In this document: positions 1-9,600 of the stretch, in pieces
Layout of the letters: every line of letters begins with the position of its first letter
How positions within the stretch are numbered: position 1 is the stretch's first letter
DNA from: an uncultured Kiritimatiellota bacterium
Lineage (GTDB): Bacteria; Verrucomicrobiota; Kiritimatiellia; RFP12; DVOR01
Length of the DNA: 64,000 nt
Assembly (NCBI GenBank): GCA_944389565.1
Contig: CALXMV010000002.1
Coordinates: forward strand, 49,309 to 113,308
Direction: 5' to 3'
Position numbers and translations under genes: made by a program
Notes under the pieces: generated by a model
The model's input: only the letters and a program-made list of their open reading frames with translations
What the model was told of the DNA's origin: nothing
Database searches by the model: none

Positions 1-734
1 AAGGCGACACCGGCCCGCAAGGCCCCAAGGGCGACCCCGGCGAGGGCGCCGCCGTCACCATCGACACCACGATGCCCGCCACCCCCGCGGACGACCATGT
101 GCCCAGCACGAAGCTGATGGCGACAAGTCTGGACAATATGCCCGGTTTCGAGAGTGCGTATCTGTCGAAGGATCATTCCGCCGACGAGTTGGAAATCGTC
201 GAGGCCGATGGATTCGTCAATGAGGGCGAGGACTTATACGCTATTCTTTTCACGTTCTTGGCATCTGGTATTGATGAGGCAGCACTTTCCAATTTGAAGC
301 TGTCGTACAGAAATGGATCCTATACAAAGGAAACCTCTCCTGTTATTGAAAAACAGATAACTGGCGATTTCTCGGTTACTTTTTTTGTAAATGGAATCAA
401 GAAAAACCAAGTCTTAAGATTCGTAGACAAAAACGGCAATAACAGAAAGCTCAAGTGTTTGGCGGTAAAAAAAACCGAAGACGACCAAATAGCGCTTTAT
501 GTCGAAGGCGAGGAGACGAAAGAAAGCAAGACCTTCGCTATTTATGGATTACAGCACTTTAAGAAAAACACCGAATTGTCGATCGCGGACACTTTCACAG
601 AGTTATACCACGCGCTTATACAATCGGCCACACAGCTTAAGTTTACCCCCGTCGAGCCGCTGGCGGACGGGGCGAACGCGGCCGCCTGCGCGGCCAAGAT
701 CAACGAGATCCTCGCCGTGCTCAAGGGGGCATGA
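1..734 (+). CDS. Tail-fibre-like protein, C-terminal part; the 5' end lies outside the window. Collagen-like G-X-Y repeats are followed by an AT-rich globular C-terminal domain.
   Basis: Frame 3 is open from nt 3 to the TGA at 732-734. Nt 3-50 encode GDTGPQGPKGDPGEG as G-X-Y triplets. Nt ~240-600 fall to ~40% GC against a ~70% background. ORF-track entry 72..734 is the Met-internal part of the same frame. Confidence 0.55.
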   Translation, partial: GDTGPQGPKGDPGEGAAVTIDTTMPATPADDHVPSTKLMATSLDNMPGFESAYLSKDHSADELEIVEADGFVNEGEDLYAILFTFLASGIDEAALSNLKLSYRNGSYTKETSPVIEKQITGDFSVTFFVNGIKKNQVLRFVDKNGNNRKLKCLAVKKTEDDQIALYVEGEETKESKTFAIYGLQHFKKNTELSIADTFTELYHALIQSATQLKFTPVEPLADGANAAACAAKINEILAVLKGA

Positions 735-737
735 GCG

Positions 738-875
738 ATGGGCCCGCTAGGCCAACTAGGCCTTCTAGGCCCCCTGACGCCCCTTACGGGGCGACGGTCG
801 CGCCGTCAGGCGCGCCTCCCAGAAGACCCAGTCGGCACAGTGGGCCTATCCGGCCTATCAGGCCGCCCCCGCTGC
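738..875. repeat. Repeat element copy A: degenerate 9-bp periodic tract (GGCCNNCTA-type) plus a conserved hairpin core CGCCCCTTACGGGGCGACGGTCGCGCCGTCAGGCGCGCC
   Basis: Seen in sequence. Homologous to nt 2270-2420 and 25380-25640. Confidence 0.5.
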
Positions 876-881
876 ACGTAC

Positions 882-909
882 GATTCACGATTCACCATTC
901 ACCATTCAC
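882..909 (+). repeat. Tandem heptamer array (GATTCAC GATTCAC CATTCAC CATTCAC) followed by GGGG
   Basis: Seen in sequence. It lies immediately upstream of the RBS of the 950..2230 gene. Confidence 0.8.
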
Positions 910-949
910 GGGGCGGCTTTCGCCGCCCGCGCCTGAAAGGAGCGAAGCC

Positions 950-2230
950 ATGCCCACCCTTGAGGAACTGATCGCCGGCACCGAACGCCGCCGCCGCGCC
1001 GAAGACGCCCTGGCCTACGCCCGGGCCACCGGCCAAGACCTCGCCCTGCGCGACATCCCCACCCCCGCCGGCAGCCGCCCCTATCTGGTCGACGCCCAGG
1101 GCGCCATCACCGCGCCCCTCGCCCACGACCGCCCCCTCGCCCCCGAGGAATACGCCGCGCTCGACCGCGCCCTCGGCGCCGCCGGCGATTCACGATTCAC
1201 GACTCACGATTCACGGGGCGGCGGCGAAGCCGACGCCCTCCCCGCCCTCGCCGCCCTCTACGCCCCCGAACGCCGCGCCCGCGCCGTGCCCTACGCCCCA
1301 AGCGCCTACCTCGGCCCGGACGCCCTCGGCGCCCGCCGCGAGGAGGCGATGTGGGCCCGCGCCGCCACGCGCCGCGCCGCCCAGGACCTCCGCGCCGAGC
1401 GCGTCCGCGCCCTCCTGGCCGACGAACGCGCCTACGGCAACGCCCCCTCCGACCGCCAGCGCGCGGCCGCCGAACGCTGGGCCGACGCCCGCGCCCTCAC
1501 CGGCGACACCCGCACCCGCCAGGTCTTCGAACGCCGCGACCGCCTCGCCGCCGAGGCCCTCGCACGCGCCGACCGCCTCCGCGCGCAGGACGTCGCCGCC
1601 GAGACCGCCCGCCAGGCCTCCGCCGACGACCTCGCCGAGGCCATCGCCCAGGCCGACGCCCAGCGCGCCGCCGCCGACCTGGAGCGCCGGGGCACCCTCG
1701 CCGTCGCCCAGGAGGAGACCCGCCGCGCCAAGGCCGCCAACGCGAACGCCCTCGCCCTCGAACGCCTCCGCGGCGAGAACGCCCTCGGCCTCGCCGGCGC
1801 CAACAACGCCTCCTCCGAGCGCGTCGCACAGATCCGCGCCCAGGCCAACCGCGACGTCGCCCTCCTCCAAGGCACCCTCGCCGCCGCCCGCGCACAAGGC
1901 GCCCTCTCCCCCGAGCAGGACGCCGCCTTCAAGCGTGCCGAGACCCTCGTGCGCCTCTCCCAGTCCCTCGCCCGAGGCGGCCTCGACGAGACCGCCCTCT
2001 TCACCCTCGACAACGAGATCGACAACGACAAGACCCTCTCCCCCGAGGAGAAGGCCGCCCGCAAGGCCCAGCTCCGCCAGAACAACCCCGAGGCCGTCTC
2101 CTGGCTCCTCGGCGCCGCCGCCCGCCAGATGGAGGCCGCCGGCCTCCCCGGCATGCCCGCCCCCGGCGCCCCGCCCACCCCGGCGGCACCCGCGCCCGGC
2201 GCCCTCGCCGGCCTCGCCGACTGGAGGTGA
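950..2230 (+). CDS. Ala/Arg/Glu-rich predicted coiled-coil protein of unknown function, in the phage-like region
   Basis: ATG at 950 is preceded by GAAAGGAG at 935-942. It lies in the frame of ORF 731..2230. The composition suggests long alpha-helical coiled coil. An in-frame GATTCAC array sits at 1187-1214. Confidence 0.55.
   Translation: MPTLEELIAGTERRRRAEDALAYARATGQDLALRDIPTPAGSRPYLVDAQGAITAPLAHDRPLAPEEYAALDRALGAAGDSRFTTHDSRGGGEADALPALAALYAPERRARAVPYAPSAYLGPDALGARREEAMWARAATRRAAQDLRAERVRALLADERAYGNAPSDRQRAAAERWADARALTGDTRTRQVFERRDRLAAEALARADRLRAQDVAAETARQASADDLAEAIAQADAQRAAADLERRGTLAVAQEETRRAKAANANALALERLRGENALGLAGANNASSERVAQIRAQANRDVALLQGTLAAARAQGALSPEQDAAFKRAETLVRLSQSLARGGLDETALFTLDNEIDNDKTLSPEEKAARKAQLRQNNPEAVSWLLGAAARQMEAAGLPGMPAPGAPPTPAAPAPGALAGLADWR
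1187..1214 (+). repeat. Tandem heptamer array GATTCAC x4 (third unit GACTCAC) followed by GGGG; the same 33-mer recurs at 5495-5527
   Basis: Seen in sequence. It encodes DSRFTTHDSRG in frame. Confidence 0.8.
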
Positions 2231-2269
2231 GGGCAGGCGAACGGCGAGGAGCAAGAAGCGAGAAGGGCG

Positions 2270-2420
2270 CCCCCGCATGGGGCGACGGGCGATGCCCGTG
2301 GGCGTGGGTTGGCCGGGCGCGCCTCCCGGTGGGCCTAGGTGGCCTGGTGGGCCTAGACGGCCTATCCCCAAGCCGCGCAGGCCTGGCTGTAGGCGCGCGC
2401 CCCACACGTCGCCGCCGCCG
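2270..2420. repeat. Repeat element copy B (CCCCGCATGGGGCGACGG hairpin, GGCGCGCCTCCC, 9-bp periodic GGCCTNNNN tract)
   Basis: Seen in sequence. Lies just 3' of the coiled-coil gene. Confidence 0.45.
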
Positions 2421-2454
2421 ACCAGACGTGACGCGCGTCAGGGGGGCTATACGA

Positions 2455-3342
2455 TTATCGCGCTTGAGGCGCCGGGCAGAAGACGCCGATAAGCGACGTG
2501 TTTGTGATAATTCGCGCAAAACGCTTTTTGCGCATGAACAGGGTCGCCGCATGATGGAGACTTAACGTCAAATCCTGCAACGTCGCGTCTTCCTCGATCA
2601 TCTTGACCGTAAGCCCGGCCTTTTGTGCGGCCTGTGCGGAAATGTGACGGTCGTGCGTTTTGGACGTATCGTGTTGGGCGAAGACGCGCAATACATGGTC
2701 GATACGACTCGCTTTGTCCTCGGCGTCGCACAGCATCCCGGACTCAAGCCAGTCTTTTGAGACCTGGCGCGCCAGCTCCGTGGCTTTTTGGCATTCCCCC
2801 AACAGCGTCATGGGATACTTGCTGATAATCGGTTGCCATAACAACGCCAGATTGGGATTCTCCGCGATATCCTTCTTTGCCTGGGCGAATTCTTCGACGA
2901 TTGCGTCCGTCCGATATCCTCCAAGCGCAGGGTCGATCGGCCCCAGGCAAGAATGTTTGCCCATAAGGATCTCACGGGCGCACATCGCCAACAGCGTGCC
3001 GCACGACATGGCCATATGCGGGATGAACACGGAGATATTCGTGCCAAACACCGACCGTAAATAAGACCCGATGCCCTCGGTTGCAGGCACCGACCCTCCC
3101 GGAGTGTGCAAGAACAGGTCCAACCCGTCCTGCTTCGGCATCCTGTAAATGGCGGACATGAACCCTTCCATATCCGCTTCCTGGATGTTTGAGTCCTCGA
3201 ACCCGAAAAGGAACCCGGAGTAGTAGAGAATCAGGTTGCGCCCACGATGGGTCGCAAACTGATTCATGTACTTCTGCAAGACGTTGGCCACGCCATCCGG
3301 TGGGGTGGCCTCGTTCTGGATTTCGAGATTTGACGGTGCCAT
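2455..3342 (-). CDS. SDH-family (ClpP/crotonase-fold, S49-related) serine protease
   Basis: A minus-strand ORF. The Met at 3342 is preceded by AGGAAG in reverse complement. Motifs LHTPGGSV and HMAMSCGT are typical of the serine-dehydrogenase proteinase family. GC is lower than in flanking DNA. Confidence 0.6.
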   Translation of the reverse strand: MAPSNLEIQNEATPPDGVANVLQKYMNQFATHRGRNLILYYSGFLFGFEDSNIQEADMEGFMSAIYRMPKQDGLDLFLHTPGGSVPATEGIGSYLRSVFGTNISVFIPHMAMSCGTLLAMCAREILMGKHSCLGPIDPALGGYRTDAIVEEFAQAKKDIAENPNLALLWQPIISKYPMTLLGECQKATELARQVSKDWLESGMLCDAEDKASRIDHVLRVFAQHDTSKTHDRHISAQAAQKAGLTVKMIEEDATLQDLTLSLHHAATLFMRKKRFARIITNTSLIGVFCPAPQAR

Positions 3343-3353
3343 GGCAATTCTTC

Positions 3354-3551
3354 CTAGCGTTCGGAGACGACCGGGCTCTTCGCGTAGAATTGGTAAGGGG
3401 ACGGGCCGTGCGGGTCGAGCCCGGCACGTCGAAAAGCCTCGTCGCGAAAGACGAACGCATGGCCGGGCATGCGTGACTGGATATCCATCAATCGCAACAC
3501 CGTCTTGACGCGCACGTCTTTCAGAACGCCATTCGATACAAGCCTTTTCAT
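3354..3551 (-). CDS. Small hypothetical protein (65 aa) immediately upstream of the protease and coupled to it
   Basis: In reverse complement, GAAGGGAG plus a 6-nt spacer precedes the ATG at 3551. Its stop lies 12 nt before the protease start. No recognisable motif. Confidence 0.35.
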   Translation of the reverse strand: MKRLVSNGVLKDVRVKTVLRLMDIQSRMPGHAFVFRDEAFRRAGLDPHGPSPYQFYAKSPVVSER

Positions 3552-3696
3552 GCAAAACTCCCTTCGCTCGCCAGTATCAAACAAGAACGCATAGTATTAA
3601 ACCACAACCCGCGGCCCCCGCGCAACTTCCCCGGACATCCCGTCCATTTGCGTCCGCGCGCCCCGCAAACGCCCGCGCTTTTGGCACAGTGTCCTC

Positions 3697-6600
3697 GTGC
3701 GGGGCGCCCGCGCCGGGCCCATCCCCCCTCATACCACCACCCGGCGCGGGCGCCCCGCCTTCTCACACACGGGAGCGAACGCAGTGAGCGACACCGACAC
3801 CACCTTCCAGGAACTCTTCCACGTCATCGAGCGCGACACCGGCGCCGAGCGCTACGTCCCCGTCGCCCAAAGCCGGGACTACGCCCGCGCCATGCGCGAG
3901 CAAGGCCGCGACTTCGACCTCCTCGAGGACTGGGAGTCCGACCAAGGCGAGCGCGTCGCCGTCAACCCCGAGAAGCGCGAGGCCTTCCTCCAGGCCGCCC
4001 GCGAGCGCGGCATCGCCGTCCGCCAAAAACGCCCGATGTGGGACGGCGCCACCACCCTCTGGACCGACGGCCAGGGCGGCGCGATCGCCGTCGGCCAAGC
4101 CAAGCGCGAGGCCTACCAGGCCGCCGCCAAGGAACGCGGCCTCGCCGTCGCCGAGATCGGCCCCGAGCCCACCTTCCTCGACCCCGAGGAGGCCGACAAG
4201 GAACTGATGGGCCGCGAGCACGGCGGCTTCGACTGGGGCTCCCTCCTCGACGGCCTCAAGTTCCCCGCACGCCTGGCCGGCTCCGCCGCGCAGGGCATCC
4301 TCGCCCTGCCCACCCTCGCCGCCCTCGGCGGCGAATACGCCGCCGCCAAGGCCGGACTCATCGAGGAAGGCGCGCACCCCGTCTCCGGCGTCGGCATGAA
4401 GGCCATCGACGCCATCGAGCGCGCCAAGCCCGAATACACCTTCGCCAAAGACCAATCCCTCCCCGGCCGGGCCGCCAACGCCCTCATGGGCGGCCTCGAA
4501 TTCATGGGCGCGCTCGCCGCCGGCGGCGCCGCCGAGCAAGGCATCCGCGCCGCGGCCGGGGCCGCCACCCGCGGCGCCGGCGCCCTCGGCGCCACCCGCC
4601 AGGCCGCCGAAAGCATCGCCCGCGGCGGGGCCGCCGCGGCGGACGACGCCACCGCCCAGGCCGCCCGCGCCGCCGCGCCCAAGGCCACCGCCGCCGAGCA
4701 GAGCGCCATGCGCCAGGCCCTCGCCGACGTCGCCACCGCCATCCCCCCCGGCACCCCCGCACAGGAAGCCGCCAAGACCCTCGGCGAGGCCTACCTCCGC
4801 CGCCTCCCCGCCGCCCAATTCCGCGAGGGCGCCCGCCAATTCGCCCAGGCCGCCCTCCGCCCCGGCCTCTGGAAGGCAGCCCCCGTCGCCCTCGGCGCCC
4901 TCGACGTCCACCGCGCCTACGCCCAGGCCGGCCACTCCGAGGACAAGGCCATGCTCGCCACCCTCGGCGACGCCGCCCTCGGCTACCTCCTCGTCTCCCT
5001 CGGCGACGGCTTCGGCGCCTTCGGCGGGGCCGCGGCCACCACCGGCGGCACCCGCTTCTTCCGCGCCCTCGCCGGCAACGCCGCGCGCGACCCCAACCTC
5101 AGGGCAGCCCTCGCCGCCGGCGCCGCCAACGTCCTCGGCTCCGCCGCCACCGGCGCCGGCCAGGCGGCCGGCCACCTCGCCATCCTCCGCGGCGCCCTCG
5201 GCGAGGAAGAAATCTCCGACGCCGACCTCCTCGGCGCCGCCGCCCTCGGCGGCCTCTTCGGCGCCGTCCCCGCCGCCGCCCAGGCCATCCGCCCCATCCG
5301 CCAGGCCATCGCCGAGGACATCGCCACCGCCGCCGCCCGCGCCCAAGCCGCCGCGCAACGCGCGGCGCGTGAATCGCCGACCGTGAATCGTGAATCGCTC
5401 ACCTGGCGCCCGCTCGACGCCACCGACCCCAGCGCCCCGCCCGACACCCCGCAGGGGCCAAACGCGGGCGGCGTGTGGCGCAGCCCTACCCAACGCGATT
5501 CACGATTCACGACTCACGATTCACGGGCCATCGCGCCAAGCGCGATGGCCGCCCCCGTCGCCGTCAGCGACGCAGGCGACATCCTCTTCCGCTCCGGCGC
5601 CATCTGGCGCGCACGCACCGGCGACCTCCTCATGCCCTCGGGCGCCGTCGTCTCCCCCCAAGGCGACATCCTCACCGCCGCCCCACCGCCCGCGCCGCAA
5701 CCCCAGCAACCCACGCCCGCGCAGGACGACCTCTTCGGCCTCCCCCCGGACCCGGCGCAACCCCCCGCGCCGGCGGCGGGGCAAGACCCGGCCGGCACGC
5801 TCGCGCTCTACGACCTGCTGCGCGAGGCCGACGTCCAGGTGCACAACGTCCCGATCGGCCAAATCCAGGTCAACCGCGACATCAAGCAATTCAAGGCCGA
5901 TGCCGACCCCGTCACCGGCGTCGTCGCCGGCGAGGAACTCGGCGGCGAGTACCAAGCCGTCCCCGCCAAGCCCATCCTCCTCCTCGAGAAGCTTGACGGC
6001 AGCCTCGAGGTCGTCACCGGGCGCCACCGCCTCGACCTCGCCCGCCGCAACAACCTCCCCACCATCCCCGCCAACATCATCCGCATGGCCGACGGCTGGA
6101 CGCTCGACATGGCCCGCGCCCTCGACGCCTACGACAACATCCTCGACGAGAAGGGCTCCGACCAAGACTTCATCGACTTCTTCCGCCGCGCCCGAATCGA
6201 CCGCGCCACCGCCGAGGCCAAGGGGCTCGTCACGCGCAAGAAAGGCCGCGACGCCTTCGACGTCGCCGAATACGCCTCCGAGGACCTCTACGCGCTGGCC
6301 ATGGGCGACGCGCGCATGGACGCCCAGACCGCCGCCGCCATCGCCCGCGAGGCCCCCGTCCCCCGCGCCGCCGGCCAGCGCGCCCAAGGCTGGAACCAGA
6401 ACATCCAGGCCGCCGTCTCCCGCGCCGTCCTCGAGGAGGGCCTCCGCGCCGACGACGCCGCCATCATGGCCCGCTCCCTCCGCCAGGCCTACGCCCAGCG
6501 CATCCGCGAGCGCGGCCTCGAACAGCTCGACCTCTTCGGCAACGACGACACCTTCATCCTCGCCATGACCGTCGAGGCCAAGTTCGCCGCCCAGCAGATC

Positions 6601-9600
6601 CGCCAGATCGACTTCGACCTCCGCGGCCTCAAGACCGCCGCCGGCAAACAATCCGGCAACCTCGCCGCCCGCGACACCCTCATCCGGAAATACCGCCTCA
6701 AAGGCCCCGAGGACCGCGAGGGCATGGCCCGCGCCATCGCCGCGCTCGAGGAGCAGAAACGCCGCTGGCAGAACTACCACACCGACCCCGAGCTCGCCGA
6801 GCTCGCCCACGCCCACGCCAAACGCGCCCTCCGCCTCGAGGCCATCGAGCAAGAGGCCGCCGCCGAGGCGACGCAAAGTGTCGCCCGTGAATCGCCCGAG
6901 GGGCAAAGCCCCGCGCCGCAGCCCGCCCCCGCCGCCGAAGCGGCACCCGCCAATCAGCAGATCGGCCAATCGGCGAATCAGCCGGCGGCGCGAAGCGCCG
7001 AGCCGCGCGTGCTCCCCGCCGCGACCATGCGTGACGCGAAAGCCCACGTCGACAAGCTGGCCGAGGACAAGGTGGAGGTCTCCACGCTGAACGGCGACAC
7101 CCTCCGCTTCTCCAAGCAAATCAAGAAAGCCTACTCCAAGGCCGCCGAGAACCAATCCGACGACCGTGCCGCGCACTGGGCCGCCGTCGCCGCGCTCGAA
7201 CATCTGTGTCAAAGCGCGGACCACATCTTCAAGGAGCCGCCCCGGAACGGCAGCGCCGACATCGCCTACTATCACAAGTACGCCGCGCCGTTCGTCCACG
7301 GCGGGGTTGGCTACATCGCCAAGATCACGGCCAAGGAATATCCCAGGCAGACGGCCCGCGGTGTTTACTCCGTCGAGGCCGTCTCCCTCGAACGAATCGG
7401 CGACCGGGGAATCCATGCCTCCATCGCAAACGGACAGACGCTCGACCCGGTCGCCACTGATAAGATAGCCCAAATGGCCGAGCGCGTCAAGCGCTTTCTC
7501 GACCAGCCCGCCCTCGCGCCGGAAGCCGCCCCCATCGCGGCGGCGCCCGAAAGCCAAGCCGCCACCCTCCCCCTCGAGCCGCCCCCCAAACGCCCCCCGC
7601 TGGGCACCTCCCGCGCCCTCATCGCCTGGCAGCGCGCCCACGCCCTCCCCGGCCTCCCGCCGGACGCCGTCGTCCTCATCCAATACGGCGACTTCGTCGA
7701 GACCTACGAGAGCGACGTCCCCGCCCTCCGGGCCGTCACCGGCGCCGAGCCCACCACGCGCTACGGCCGCACCCTCGTCGGCGCACCCAAATCCGGACTC
7801 CCCGCCATCCTCGAGGCCCTCGCCGCCCAAGGACGAACCGTCGCCCTCGTCCCCCGCACCCTCGACCAAGCCGAGATCCGCACGCCCCCCGCCACCCCTA
7901 AGACGCCCCTCACCCAGGATCCGCCCAGCGCGCCGACGGACTCCCCCGCACGCCCCTACTGGGGCCCCAACCGCCCACTCCCCGACACCGGCAAACCCCG
8001 CATCGACGTCACCATCGGCGGGGACCCCACCTACACCGTCGAGGATTCCGGCCTCGACCCCTCCGCGCCCCTCCCAGACGACACCGTCGTCTGGGAGACC
8101 GCCACCCTCACCGGCGCCGGGCACGCCGTCGCCTGGCCCGTGCGCGCCTACGGCAAACCCACCGGCATCGACGGCGCCGCGCTCATCGGCGAGAGCGGCA
8201 TGCGCGCCATCCGAGAGGCCCTCGCCAAAGGCGCCGCCCTCGCCAAGGAACGCACCGCGCTCTACGCCGGGATCCCCGCCAACGAAAACGCGAAGGCCCG
8301 CGACAGACGCCTCGCACGCACCGCCGAGATCGAGGCGGGCGAGGCACAGACCGTCCAAGCCATCGAGGCCGTCCTCGACCGCGTCCGCGAACCCGCCGCG
8401 CGCTACGGCACCCCCGCCGTCGGCCACCTCGTCCACGGCAAGGACAAGGACGGCGCCATGCGCCTCTGGCGCATCGTGGAGCGCGGCAGCCAAAACTCCG
8501 ATACCCTCCTCCCCGACGGCACCGTCGTCCACACCCGCCAGCTCGACGGCGATTCGCACCAACGCTGGGTCACCCGCCCCGACGGCACCGACACCCCGCG
8601 CGAGACCTGGTGGCGCACCCGCAACGCGGACGGCACCGCCAACCCCTTCACCTCAATGGACGCCGACTTCTACGGCGACGCCCCCCAAACGCCCCCCGTC
8701 GAGGCGCCCGGCGGCACCCTCGCCAGCCCCGCGCCCGACGGGCCCTCCCTCGCCGCCTACGGCCTCACCGACGAACAGCTCAACGGCCCCGGCTTCCGCC
8801 CCCTGGCCAAGGGCGAGAACTTCGACACCGTCACCCAAGGCACCCTCGCCCGGCGCAACCAAACCGCCCGCAACGCGCGCCTCGGCACCGAAGCCGCCAT
8901 CCGCGGACGCAACGACGCCAGGAAGATTGGCCACACCGCAAAAGAAGGCGAGAACATTCGCGCCCACCAATACGCAGCCAAAAACGTCCTGAAACTCTAC
9001 GAACAGGCAGAGGTCGCCGTCCGCTCCGACAACTACAAGACCCACGGCAAAGGTAGCGCCCCCAAGACCTACGCCCGCCTCTTCGCCCCCTTCGTTTTCC
9101 AGGGGCGCACCTACGTCGCCGTCATCGCCCAATACGAGGCCAGGCAAAACGGCATCCACGCCATCGAGGTCCTCGACACAATCGAGGCGGGCCGCCTCCC
9201 GGAAGTCACCTCCGGCGAAACCCAACGGGACGCACGGCCGACCGAGAGGCAACCCGCCTCAAACACCCACAGTGTCCCACAAACTGTCCGTCCTGTCAAT
9301 CCCGCCACGCGCTCCGAACTCACCGAGCCCGTCATCGACCGCCTCATCGGCGAAAGCAAACGGCTCAACCCCCGCGTCCTCACCCTAGGCGAGGACGGCA
9401 CCCTCGCCGAGACCCCCACCGACGCGGCCGCCGTCCTCGCCGACGTGCGCGCCGCGGTGGCCCGCTTCGAGGAACGCGCCCGCGCCATCGCCAAATACCG
9501 CCCCGAGCCCGACCCCGCCGCCCTCGGCCGCTTCACCTTCCCCGCCCTCCCCGGCGCCACCCTCGACGTCGTCGATGGCCGGGCCACCCTCACCCTCCCC

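Noticed and set aside
499-971. Short ORFs 499..750 (+), 542..724 (-) and 738..971 (+) around the tail-fibre 3' end
   Set aside because: They overlap the clearly coding tail-fibre frame or lie within the repeat element. The 738..971 ORF translation is simply the 9-bp periodic repeat read as G-P-L triplets.
738-2420. An integron-type gene cassette (gene flanked by attC-like imperfect palindromes)
   Set aside because: The flanking elements lack the attC R''/L''…L'/R' organisation and the GTTRRRY core. No intI is in the window, so the resemblance is only topological.
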